A stretch of 14,479 nt of DNA from the NCBI GenBank assembly GCA_044352465.1, contig JBILDU010000080.1, positions 1 to 14,479 on the forward strand. The letters run 5' to 3'. The notes beneath the pieces are model-generated. The model did not search any database. It was not told the DNA's origin and saw only the letters and a program-made list of their open reading frames with translations. Made by a program: the position numbers and the translations under genes. Shown piece by piece: positions 7,219 to 14,479 of the stretch. The first letter of the stretch is position 1; each line of letters starts with the position of its first letter. The DNA is from Bdellovibrionota bacterium (GTDB taxonomy: Bacteria; Bdellovibrionota_C; UBA2361).

Positions 7219-7336
7219 GAACTCCCTGACACGCGAGGGCTACGCTGCACGGGCCTCAAGCAAGGCACCCGTTCCATGTTTCCCTCGGGAGGCGAAGGTA
7301 CCAAAGACTCTCCCATTACACAACAAAAGCTTGGGA

Positions 7337-8041
7337 TTACGGGGCAGCGGGGCGACACCCCTCATAAATATACGCTATCCCCCCACTCAGCCCATCGCAG
7401 CGGGTCGCTTCAAACCCAACCTCACGCAAAATAGCCTCGAAATCGCCCCCACAGGGAAAAGATTTGGCCGTTTCCGGAAGATAGGTGTACGCCGCACGGT
7501 TACCGGTCAAGCAACCACCGATCCAGGGCATGAATACCTTTGAGTACCAATTATATACCGCCCGAAATGGAGCCCAGGTCGGCTGACCGAACTCTAGGAT
7601 CACCAACTTGCCGCCGGGCAGCATAACCCGGTGAATCTCAGCGAGCCCACGCCGAAGGTCTTCGAGATTACGAACCCCAAAGGCAACGGTTACCGCCGCA
7701 AAGGTCGCATCCGCAAAAGGGAGATTCAACGCGTCACATTGAACAAGCGGAGCGCTTGACCGACCGCGCACCCGTCCGCACTCGAGCATCGGTAGACAGA
7801 AATCGCCGCCCACAACCCCGTCCGCCCGCGCCTCGAGAAGGGGCAAGAGGTCCCCCGTTCCGGTGCAAAGGTCGAGCACCGGCGCGGCCCCCTGGGGCAC
7901 TCTGCGCGCTACCCGATATTTCCACAGGTGGTGAATCCCAAAACTGAGGACGGTATTCGTCAGGTCGTAACGCTCAGCTATCGCGCCGAACATCCGCCGA
8001 ACTTCGGTGCCCACCACACGGGGCGAGGAGGTGCTATCCAT
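7337..8041 (-). CDS. menG: Demethylmenaquinone methyltransferase (MenG/UbiE)
   Basis: Contains VRRMFGAIAERYDLTNTVLSFGIHHLWK, SAM motif I VLDLCTGTGD, DALNLPFAD, AFGVRN, PGGKLVILEF and AYTYLPET. The start is taken as ATG 8041; the ORF is open to 8089. Confidence 0.92.
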   Translation of the reverse strand: MDSTSSPRVVGTEVRRMFGAIAERYDLTNTVLSFGIHHLWKYRVARRVPQGAAPVLDLCTGTGDLLPLLEARADGVVGGDFCLPMLECGRVRGRSSAPLVQCDALNLPFADATFAAVTVAFGVRNLEDLRRGLAEIHRVMLPGGKLVILEFGQPTWAPFRAVYNWYSKVFMPWIGGCLTGNRAAYTYLPETAKSFPCGGDFEAILREVGFEATRCDGLSGGIAYIYEGCRPAAP

Positions 8042-8268
8042 AGGCGGCTTTCTATACCCCATCCGGACCAGATTAACCACTCCGTTCACCCAGATCGACT
8101 TGGCCTGACTCGCAGGTATGCTACGATATCACCTGCGTGGGCGCAGAAAGCAATTTTTGAACAAGCAGGAGCCTGCAGATGAACCTAACGCAGAAATTGC
8201 TCTCATTCCCCCCGGAAGACCGCCTTTCGGGACGAACTTTTTGGACGGCGCACTAAACGGAGTCCGTC

Positions 8269-10728
8269 ATGCCTCCTCACACTCTCCCCTCACACGCTCG
8301 GGTCGTAGTTATCGGCGGTGGGATCATCGGCTGCTCAGTGGCCTACCACCTGAGCAAGGGCGGATGGAAAGATGTCGTCTTGCTTGAGCGGGATAAAATC
8401 ACCTCGGGCACCACCTGGCACGCTGCCGGACTCATGGTAACGTTCGGCTCAACATCCGAAACCTCAACCGAAATCCGTAAATATTCAAAAAAGCTTTATC
8501 GCGAACTCGAAGCTGAGACCGGACAAGCCACCGGCTTCAAGCCGGTGGGATTTATCGAGGTAGCCGCCGACACCGATCGTCTGGAGGAATATCGTCGCAT
8601 CGCAAGCTTTAACCGCCTGTGCGGGATCGATGTCGAGGAGATTTCCCCCACCGAGATCGCCCACCTTTTCCCGTACGCCAAGGTTGATGATCTTTTGGCG
8701 GGGTTTTACGTCAGAGACGATGGTCGGGTAAATCCGGTAGATGTCACGATGGCGCTTGCCAAAGGGGCCCGTCTCTATGGCGCGCAGATCTTCGAGGGGG
8801 TCCCCGTCACCACGGTGCTCCAGCGCCACGGAGCCGTTACCGGAGTCGTAACCCCGAGCGGGACGGTGACCGCCGACTACGTCGTTAACTGTACCGGAAT
8901 GTGGGCTCGCCAACTCGGTGAAGAGCTGGGTGTGACGATTCCAAATCAAGCCGCTGAGCACTACTACCTCATCACCGACGACATTCCGGGCATACCGCGC
9001 GATCTTCCGGTGCTTGAGGATCCCGCGGCATACGGCTATTACCGCGAGGAGGTCGGCGGACTCATGATCGGCCTTTTCGAGCCGGTTGCAGCGCCGTGGA
9101 AAATAGAGGGCATCCCCAACGATTTCTCCTTCGGCGATCTCCCCCCCGATTGGGAGCGGATGACCCCCTTTCTTGAGAGAGCGATGTCGCGTGTACCGGC
9201 ATCTCTCGACGTTGGAATCCGTAAGTTCTTCTGTGGACCGGAGAGCTTTACCCCTGATTTACGCCCGATCGTTGGCGAGGCACCCGAGCTCCGCAACTAT
9301 TTCGTCGCGGCGGGGATGAATTCAATCGGGATCCTTTCCGCTGGCGGACTCGGTCGGGTTCTCGCCCACTGGATTATGCACGGAACCGCCGATGTTGACG
9401 TCACCGGATTTCATATCGATCGGTTCCACCGCTACCAATCAAATCGGGCGTATCGCCGCGAACGCACCATCGAATCGCTCGGATTAGTTTATAAATGCCA
9501 CTACCCCACGAGGGTTGCGGAGACGGCCCGGGATGCGAAGCGCTCGCCGTTTCACGCCCGCCTCACGGAGGCAGGCGCGTATTTTCGAGACGTGAGCGGA
9601 TGGGAAAGCCCTGATTGGTACGCGCCGCCCGGCATCACCCCGCAGGTCGAGAGACTCTCCTGGGGACGGCAGAATTGGTTCCCCTATTGGGCATCGGAGC
9701 ACCACGCCGCGCGTGAGAGCGTGATTATCATGGACATGAGTTTCATGTCGAAGTTTCTGGTCCAAGGTAACGATGCGGGTCGACTCTTGGACTATATCTC
9801 AGCAAATAAAGTCAACGGTGCCTGCGGCACGATTACCTACACCCAATGGCTGAACCAGGACGGCAAGATCGAAGCCGACCTCACCGTCACCAAACTCGCC
9901 GAGGATCGCTTTCTTGTTGTCGTCACTGACACCATGCACAGACACGCGGAGACGTGGCTCCGCCGGCACATCCCCTCCGATGCTCACGCATTTGTGACCG
10001 ACGTTACCTCCGGATTTGGCCAACTCAATCTCCAAGGTCCCCGCGCGCGCGAGCTCCTCCAAGAGCTCACGTCGGTCGATCTTGCGGACACGGCGTTCCC
10101 TTTCCGCGCAGCTCAAGAGATCGACATCGGGTTCGCTCGTGTCCTCTGTATCCGCATCACCTATCTCGGCGAGCGCGGCTTCGAACTCTACATCCCGGCG
10201 GAACAGTCGGTGCACGTCTACGACGCGATCGTACGGGTCGGGGTCCGTTACGGATTACGTCATGCCGGGCTCAAGGCGCTCTCAAGTCTCCGGCTCGAAA
10301 AAGGCTACCGCGATTACGGGCACGACATCGACAATACCGATAATCCCTTCGAGGCTGGACTGGGATTCGCGGTCGACCTGAAGCGTCCCGACGACTTTAT
10401 TGGGCGAGCTGCCGCAGAGCGAATAAAAGCTCGGGCACCCTACCACCGCCGCCTCGCCCAGATATTCGTTTGCGATCCCGCACCGCTCCTCTTCCACGCT
10501 GAGGTGATTTTTCGCAACGGTCAGCCGGTAGGATATGTCCGGGCCGGCTCGTACGGTCATACCCTCGGCGGTGCGGTGGGCCTCTTTATGATTGAGGCCG
10601 GCGAGCCGATCGATACCCCGTATATCGAGACGGCGTCGTGGGAGGTGGAGATCGCTGGCAAAAGATACCCCGCGCGGGTATCACTCAAGCCCCTCTATGA
10701 CCCGGAGATGCGAAAAATAAAGGGCTAA
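8269..10728 (+). CDS. GcvT-family FAD oxidoreductase (dimethylglycine/sarcosine dehydrogenase-like)
   Basis: 819 aa with Rossmann VVIGGGIIG, the covalent-FAD-type motif GTTWHAAG, GPESFTPD, and a C-terminal folate-binding GcvT domain (TYLGERGFEL, LRLEKGYRDYGHDI). SD GGAG at 8259-8262. The substrate cannot be determined from sequence. Confidence 0.92.
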   Translation: MPPHTLPSHARVVVIGGGIIGCSVAYHLSKGGWKDVVLLERDKITSGTTWHAAGLMVTFGSTSETSTEIRKYSKKLYRELEAETGQATGFKPVGFIEVAADTDRLEEYRRIASFNRLCGIDVEEISPTEIAHLFPYAKVDDLLAGFYVRDDGRVNPVDVTMALAKGARLYGAQIFEGVPVTTVLQRHGAVTGVVTPSGTVTADYVVNCTGMWARQLGEELGVTIPNQAAEHYYLITDDIPGIPRDLPVLEDPAAYGYYREEVGGLMIGLFEPVAAPWKIEGIPNDFSFGDLPPDWERMTPFLERAMSRVPASLDVGIRKFFCGPESFTPDLRPIVGEAPELRNYFVAAGMNSIGILSAGGLGRVLAHWIMHGTADVDVTGFHIDRFHRYQSNRAYRRERTIESLGLVYKCHYPTRVAETARDAKRSPFHARLTEAGAYFRDVSGWESPDWYAPPGITPQVERLSWGRQNWFPYWASEHHAARESVIIMDMSFMSKFLVQGNDAGRLLDYISANKVNGACGTITYTQWLNQDGKIEADLTVTKLAEDRFLVVVTDTMHRHAETWLRRHIPSDAHAFVTDVTSGFGQLNLQGPRARELLQELTSVDLADTAFPFRAAQEIDIGFARVLCIRITYLGERGFELYIPAEQSVHVYDAIVRVGVRYGLRHAGLKALSSLRLEKGYRDYGHDIDNTDNPFEAGLGFAVDLKRPDDFIGRAAAERIKARAPYHRRLAQIFVCDPAPLLFHAEVIFRNGQPVGYVRAGSYGHTLGGAVGLFMIEAGEPIDTPYIETASWEVEIAGKRYPARVSLKPLYDPEMRKIKG

Positions 10729-11018
10729 CCGCGGCTACGTTGAAGTAACGCCGTGGGAGACCACCCCACCACCTCAGCTCGAAGGCCCCGACTACGAGAG
10801 ATCCGTTTTGATTTTGAGCTGTAGCCTGGCCTCAAAGTGATATGCCAGAATATCGGTGCGCGGTCCGGCCATCAGGGATGGAACTCACAGAGAGCGAGCG
10901 GTGGGTAGTCCCGCCACTCCTCCCCGGTGAAAGCCTTTCGAGACAAACGACGCGCTGGGGCTGCTGCGTTTTTGACCGTGGCTCCGTTTTTACTGCCGCC
11001 CCACCGAGTGAACGACCG

Positions 11019-11876
11019 ATGAAAAATCCACTGCCGGCAATCGCCCGAACGCTCCCGATAGTCATCGGTCCAGCTTTCTTTCTATTACCTCCTGATACGA
11101 ACGCAGCGCTGGACTATGCCCGCCGGCTCCTCTATTTCGCCCTGCTGTTTGGAGCGGTCGGTGCGGTGAAGTTCCTGCTCATCCGGATGTACGGACAGGA
11201 CCTCCCCCTCACCACTGTTCAATCGGTTGAGCATCCGACGGCGTATCCCAAGCGTCCACTCGTTCATCGCCGCCGCGAGATTGTCGAAGTACTCGCCTTG
11301 ATCGGCGCTATTCTGGCGATGATCGGCCTTCTCCAAGCGGTCAAGGCGACCATGCCCACCGAGTTCTTCACCTTGGCCCTTGGAGCGATCTTCTTCGGTG
11401 CAGTTGAGCCTCGACTCGCCAGCTTGCGGTGGCCGGTCAGTGCCGCAGGTGCCAGCTTTATCGCCGCTTCCACGGTGAGCGCCCTCAGTCTCTTTCTTTC
11501 GACCGGTCAGTGGCTCTGGCAAACCACAGGGGTAAGCCTCACGTGCGGCTTTCTCATGGCGGCGCTCTCACTCGCGACGAGCATTGAGGGTCTACCAACC
11601 CCACCGCCGCGAGATCGAAAGATAATAAGTCGTATCGCGACCATAGGGATAGCGCTCAGCCCCATCACTCTGGGTGTCTTAGTTCAGCTCAAGGCACTTG
11701 GCCCAGCCTATCTGCTCACTTTCATAATTTTACCCCTCCTCTCGCCCGCGCTCAACCAACTGAAGTGCTACGAAAAAAACGGCGATATTCCGCGGAAGAT
11801 CTCGATTTCGGTGGCCGCGGCGAACCTTCTCGTCCTTGTGATCGTGTGTGGGGTAAGTATATTCTACCGCCGGTAA
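11019..11876 (+). CDS. Polytopic membrane protein resembling MenA/UbiA prenyltransferase but lacking the Asp-rich motifs
   Basis: 285 aa from ATG 11019 with about 8-9 hydrophobic segments. ARTLPIVIGP resembles MenA RPKTLP...P; FLSTGQWLWQTTGVSLTCGFLMAALSLA resembles YVQTG......AS.P.GLL..AIL; YLLTFIILPL resembles LL.LL.LPL. The membrane-protein call is solid; the MenA ancestry is moderately supported. Confidence 0.55.
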   Translation: MKNPLPAIARTLPIVIGPAFFLLPPDTNAALDYARRLLYFALLFGAVGAVKFLLIRMYGQDLPLTTVQSVEHPTAYPKRPLVHRRREIVEVLALIGAILAMIGLLQAVKATMPTEFFTLALGAIFFGAVEPRLASLRWPVSAAGASFIAASTVSALSLFLSTGQWLWQTTGVSLTCGFLMAALSLATSIEGLPTPPPRDRKIISRIATIGIALSPITLGVLVQLKALGPAYLLTFIILPLLSPALNQLKCYEKNGDIPRKISISVAAANLLVLVIVCGVSIFYRR

Positions 11877-11957
11877 AGGTGCCTTTCTCTCCTGAGCTAA
11901 AACGAGGAGTTGAAGCGCCCCCGGTGACCATTTTTTTTACTATTCGAGTAAGAGCGT

Positions 11958-12726
11958 ATGACCCGTCGAACCCCCTTCGCCCCCATCATCGCACTCACCT
12001 CCTTTATCCTTATCGGTAGTCCGGCGTGGGGTGCGCCTAAACCAGCGAGTGCGCAGGCTGAGAATGACGCCTCGAGTTACAAAGCTAACGCTCTTTCGAT
12101 CGAACTCAACGAGAAAGCGGTCCTAGCGGTTAACGCCCGGGATTTTGCCGGAGCAGAGGATCTCTTTAAGCGCTCACTCGCAGCAGATTCAAGAAATGTG
12201 ACCGCGGTCGTGAATTTAGCGGCGATGTATCTGACCAACAAAAAAAATCCTGCGGCAATTGCTCTCCTCGAGGAATACACGAGCAAGTATCCCGAGGAGG
12301 CATCACTCCAGGCTCGGTTAGGCGATGCGTATTTCGCCTCAAAGCAGGTCAAAGAAGCCACCACCGCTTACGAGCGCGCTCTGAAGATCGATCCGCGTTA
12401 CCCCAACGCCTCCGCTCGGCTTGGAACACTTTATACCCTGAGTCGAAGAGGAAGATCCGAAGAACCCCCAAATCCTCTCCAGTTTGAGCTCTATTTTGCT
12501 GGCGAACGGCAAGCCGGAGATGGCGGTGAGCACAGCGAAACGTGCGCTCCAGATTAAGCCGACCAAAGAGCTGTATGTGACCCTCGGCTCGGCCTATGAG
12601 GCGCTCAAGGATGTTAAAAATTCAGTCATCGCCTTCGAACGAGCCCGCGACATGGGAGACAACTCCACCGAGCTCAAAGCGAAACTCGAGACCCTGCGTA
12701 GCTCACTCGATAAGGCCGCGTCTTAA
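11958..12726 (+). pseudogene. Exported TPR-repeat protein, frameshifted by an internal deletion near 12445
   Basis: Signal peptide (MTRRTPFAPIIALTSFILIGSPAWG) followed by exact 34-aa TPR units. After LGTLYTLSR the repeats continue in another frame (EEDPKNPQILSSLSSILLANGKPEMAVSTAKRALQIKP...) to TAA 12726. Confidence 0.8.
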
Positions 12727-13081
12727 TCGGATCAGCCCACACACGACGGCGGGCGTGCCAGCCGACGCGCGAGAATAGGCCCGTTGACTGGCAGCATTGT
12801 TCAGTGGCCCGTCCGGTAGGTTATTTCACCGGACACTGATTTGGCGCACTCAACATACGCGCGGCCAGGATGGCCGCACAGATACCGTAGCCAAACTTAG
12901 GTATCAGGCCTCACCCTGGACCTCGGCGTGTGCTCAGTCCAAAGAGACGCCGCTGCTCAGGTAGTTACACAGCGAAGCCCGCCCCTCTCTGGGGCTGGCG
13001 GGAGAAAATCGATCTTTCTTGGCAACACTCGCTGAAAAACTCCGATGACATAGCTAAGTCCGTCTATGTATCGGAGAGAAA

Positions 13082-13804
13082 ATGGAAGCACTTATTCTAC
13101 CGGGAAAGGTATGCCAACCCACCGACTTTGAGGCCTTGAAACTTGCGATCGAATCAGCGCCCACCTATGCGTCGGCGATTCAACGCATTTTCGCTGACCA
13201 GCGCCGTCGACTGACTTTTATCACGATGGCTGAAGAGCCGGAGCCCCTTGTACTCGGCATCGTTCGTTTTCCGACCGGCTCGGAGGCTTTCTTTTCGGTC
13301 CCCCGCCCCATCGCCGTAGGCACAACTCCACTCTTCGCTCCTGCCGCGGGAATACGTCAACTTGCCGACTCAGCGGAGATCGATATCGACACGACCTGGG
13401 TCAAAAACCGAGACCGAAAATTCCATATTACGCGGTGGGGCCGCAGGAAAAGCGAGATTATGAAGGTGGCACCCCGCTCGCTTGAATCGGTTATCCTCAG
13501 TTATGCTCTTTCGCCCTACGGCCAGGTCGACCTCTCATTCGATATCCGGATCTCCCCCCCAAATCGACTACTCCGCGGACTTCGTATCGATCTCTCACAC
13601 TTCGGCGAACCTAACCGGCCCGGGATCGGAGAGACGATGTGGGTCGATTGGGAGGAACTGACCGCCTCAACGCTCGAAGGCGGGCCAGAGGAGCAGGCGA
13701 ACCGTTTGGATCCGCGCCAGCTTTCCACTTCGAAAAAGCCGCGGTCACTGCGGACTCAAGCAAAAGACACGACCAAAGGGGCATTCCCGAGCGGGCTGTC
13801 GTGA
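13082..13804 (+). CDS. Hypothetical protein
   Basis: 240-aa ORF with GGAG just upstream of the ATG and a globular-looking composition. It fills the gap between recognised genes. No family recognised. Confidence 0.6.
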   Translation: MEALILPGKVCQPTDFEALKLAIESAPTYASAIQRIFADQRRRLTFITMAEEPEPLVLGIVRFPTGSEAFFSVPRPIAVGTTPLFAPAAGIRQLADSAEIDIDTTWVKNRDRKFHITRWGRRKSEIMKVAPRSLESVILSYALSPYGQVDLSFDIRISPPNRLLRGLRIDLSHFGEPNRPGIGETMWVDWEELTASTLEGGPEEQANRLDPRQLSTSKKPRSLRTQAKDTTKGAFPSGLS

Positions 13805-13895
13805 CTTATCGATAGGAGCAGGCAGACAGGGGCGGCGCGGCACCACAGCCAGCCGACTGCCCCTTCACGACGCTTTGGGATGGCGGCGTTGTCCC

Positions 13896-14479
13896 TTACA
13901 ATTGCTCAATCACATGTGCGATCAAAGCACGTAACCGCGGCGCCGCCTCCAAGCCCGCGGCTTTCACCTCCGCGTGATTCGGCTCCTCAGACGAGAGTCC
14001 CGCCGCAACGTTCGTAATGGTCGAAACCCCCAGTACTCTCAGGGCTCCCCCCGTCATCTGCAGACCTGCCAAAACCTCCGGAACGGTCGACATTCCAACG
14101 GCATCGGCAGCCCGTAAAGACCGGAGAAATTGAATGTCGGCTCGACTCTCATAGCGCGGGCCGGGCAAGAAGCAGTAGCCACCCCGATGACACCGATCGC
14201 CCCATCCACGCCGCGCTGCCTCCGCGAGGAAAACATCGCCGAGCTGGCGGTCATATGGATCGGTCTGCGGATAGAACTTCTCGCCCAAGCGGGGATGCTC
14301 AAGCCGCAACGCTGGGTCCTCCGGGAGAAATAGAGAGAGATGGTTCTCGATCACCATCAGATGCCCGACCCCCATTCCCTCGCGGATACTGCCCGCCGCA
14401 TTCGTTACGACTAAATTCTTCACTCCGAGAAGGACCATGACGCGGACGCCAAAAGCCACCTCGCTCGGGGGAAGACCAT
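13896..14479 (-). CDS. punA: Purine nucleoside phosphorylase (trimeric PNP/XapA type), 5' end outside the window
   Basis: Contains LVVTNAAGS, GPRYES, ADAVGMSTVPE, STITNVAAGL and NHAEV. The frame stays open to the window edge (GLPPSEVAFGVR). Confidence 0.9.
   Translation of the reverse strand, partial: GLPPSEVAFGVRVMVLLGVKNLVVTNAAGSIREGMGVGHLMVIENHLSLFLPEDPALRLEHPRLGEKFYPQTDPYDRQLGDVFLAEAARRGWGDRCHRGGYCFLPGPRYESRADIQFLRSLRAADAVGMSTVPEVLAGLQMTGGALRVLGVSTITNVAAGLSSEEPNHAEVKAAGLEAAPRLRALIAHVIEQL

Noticed and set aside
8105..8268. Canonical glycine riboswitch upstream of the GcvT-family gene
   Set aside because: The conserved GGAGA...CCGAAG...CTCTCAGG elements were not found.
3979..10560. Numerous 60-190 aa ORFs antisense or out of frame to the main genes (e.g. 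5857-6438, 6462-6983, 8485-8961)
   Set aside because: These are shadow ORFs expected in GC-rich coding DNA. They are Arg/Ser/Pro-rich with no recognisable motifs.
10842..11018. 59-aa N-terminal extension of the membrane protein in the ORF track
   Set aside because: It looks non-coding in composition. MenA-like similarity and typical length begin at ATG 11019.
13896..14479. PNP as the futalosine hydrolase MqnB of the nearby pathway
   Set aside because: The motifs (GPxYE, VGMSTVPE, TNxAAG, HxEV) are those of ordinary trimeric 6-oxopurine PNPs, not MqnB/MTAN. Nothing beyond proximity links it to the pathway.

Overview
The window has two parts. Bases 1-~3920 are a patchwork of mobile-element remnants: the left end of a frameshifted IS3-family element next to a HEAT-repeat fragment, two divergent DoxX-like genes, a BrnT/BrnA-type toxin-antitoxin pair ending in a 57-bp integron attC-like site, a truncated GNAT gene, and an isolated trbG'-trbI conjugation fragment. 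Bases ~3930-14479 look chromosomal. They hold an MqnE-like gene and an MqnA-MqnC-like fusion (futalosine menaquinone pathway homologues), an intact menG/ubiE, a GcvT-family dimethylglycine/sarcosine dehydrogenase, a MenA-like membrane protein, a TPR gene broken by an internal deletion, an unassigned ORF, and a purine nucleoside phosphorylase cut by the window edge. The main observation is that four menaquinone-pathway-like domains (MqnA, MqnC, MqnE, MenA) have full-length open frames but all appear to lack their catalytic motifs, suggesting a clustered set of pseudoenzymes. All family assignments come from motif recognition by eye; no searches were run.
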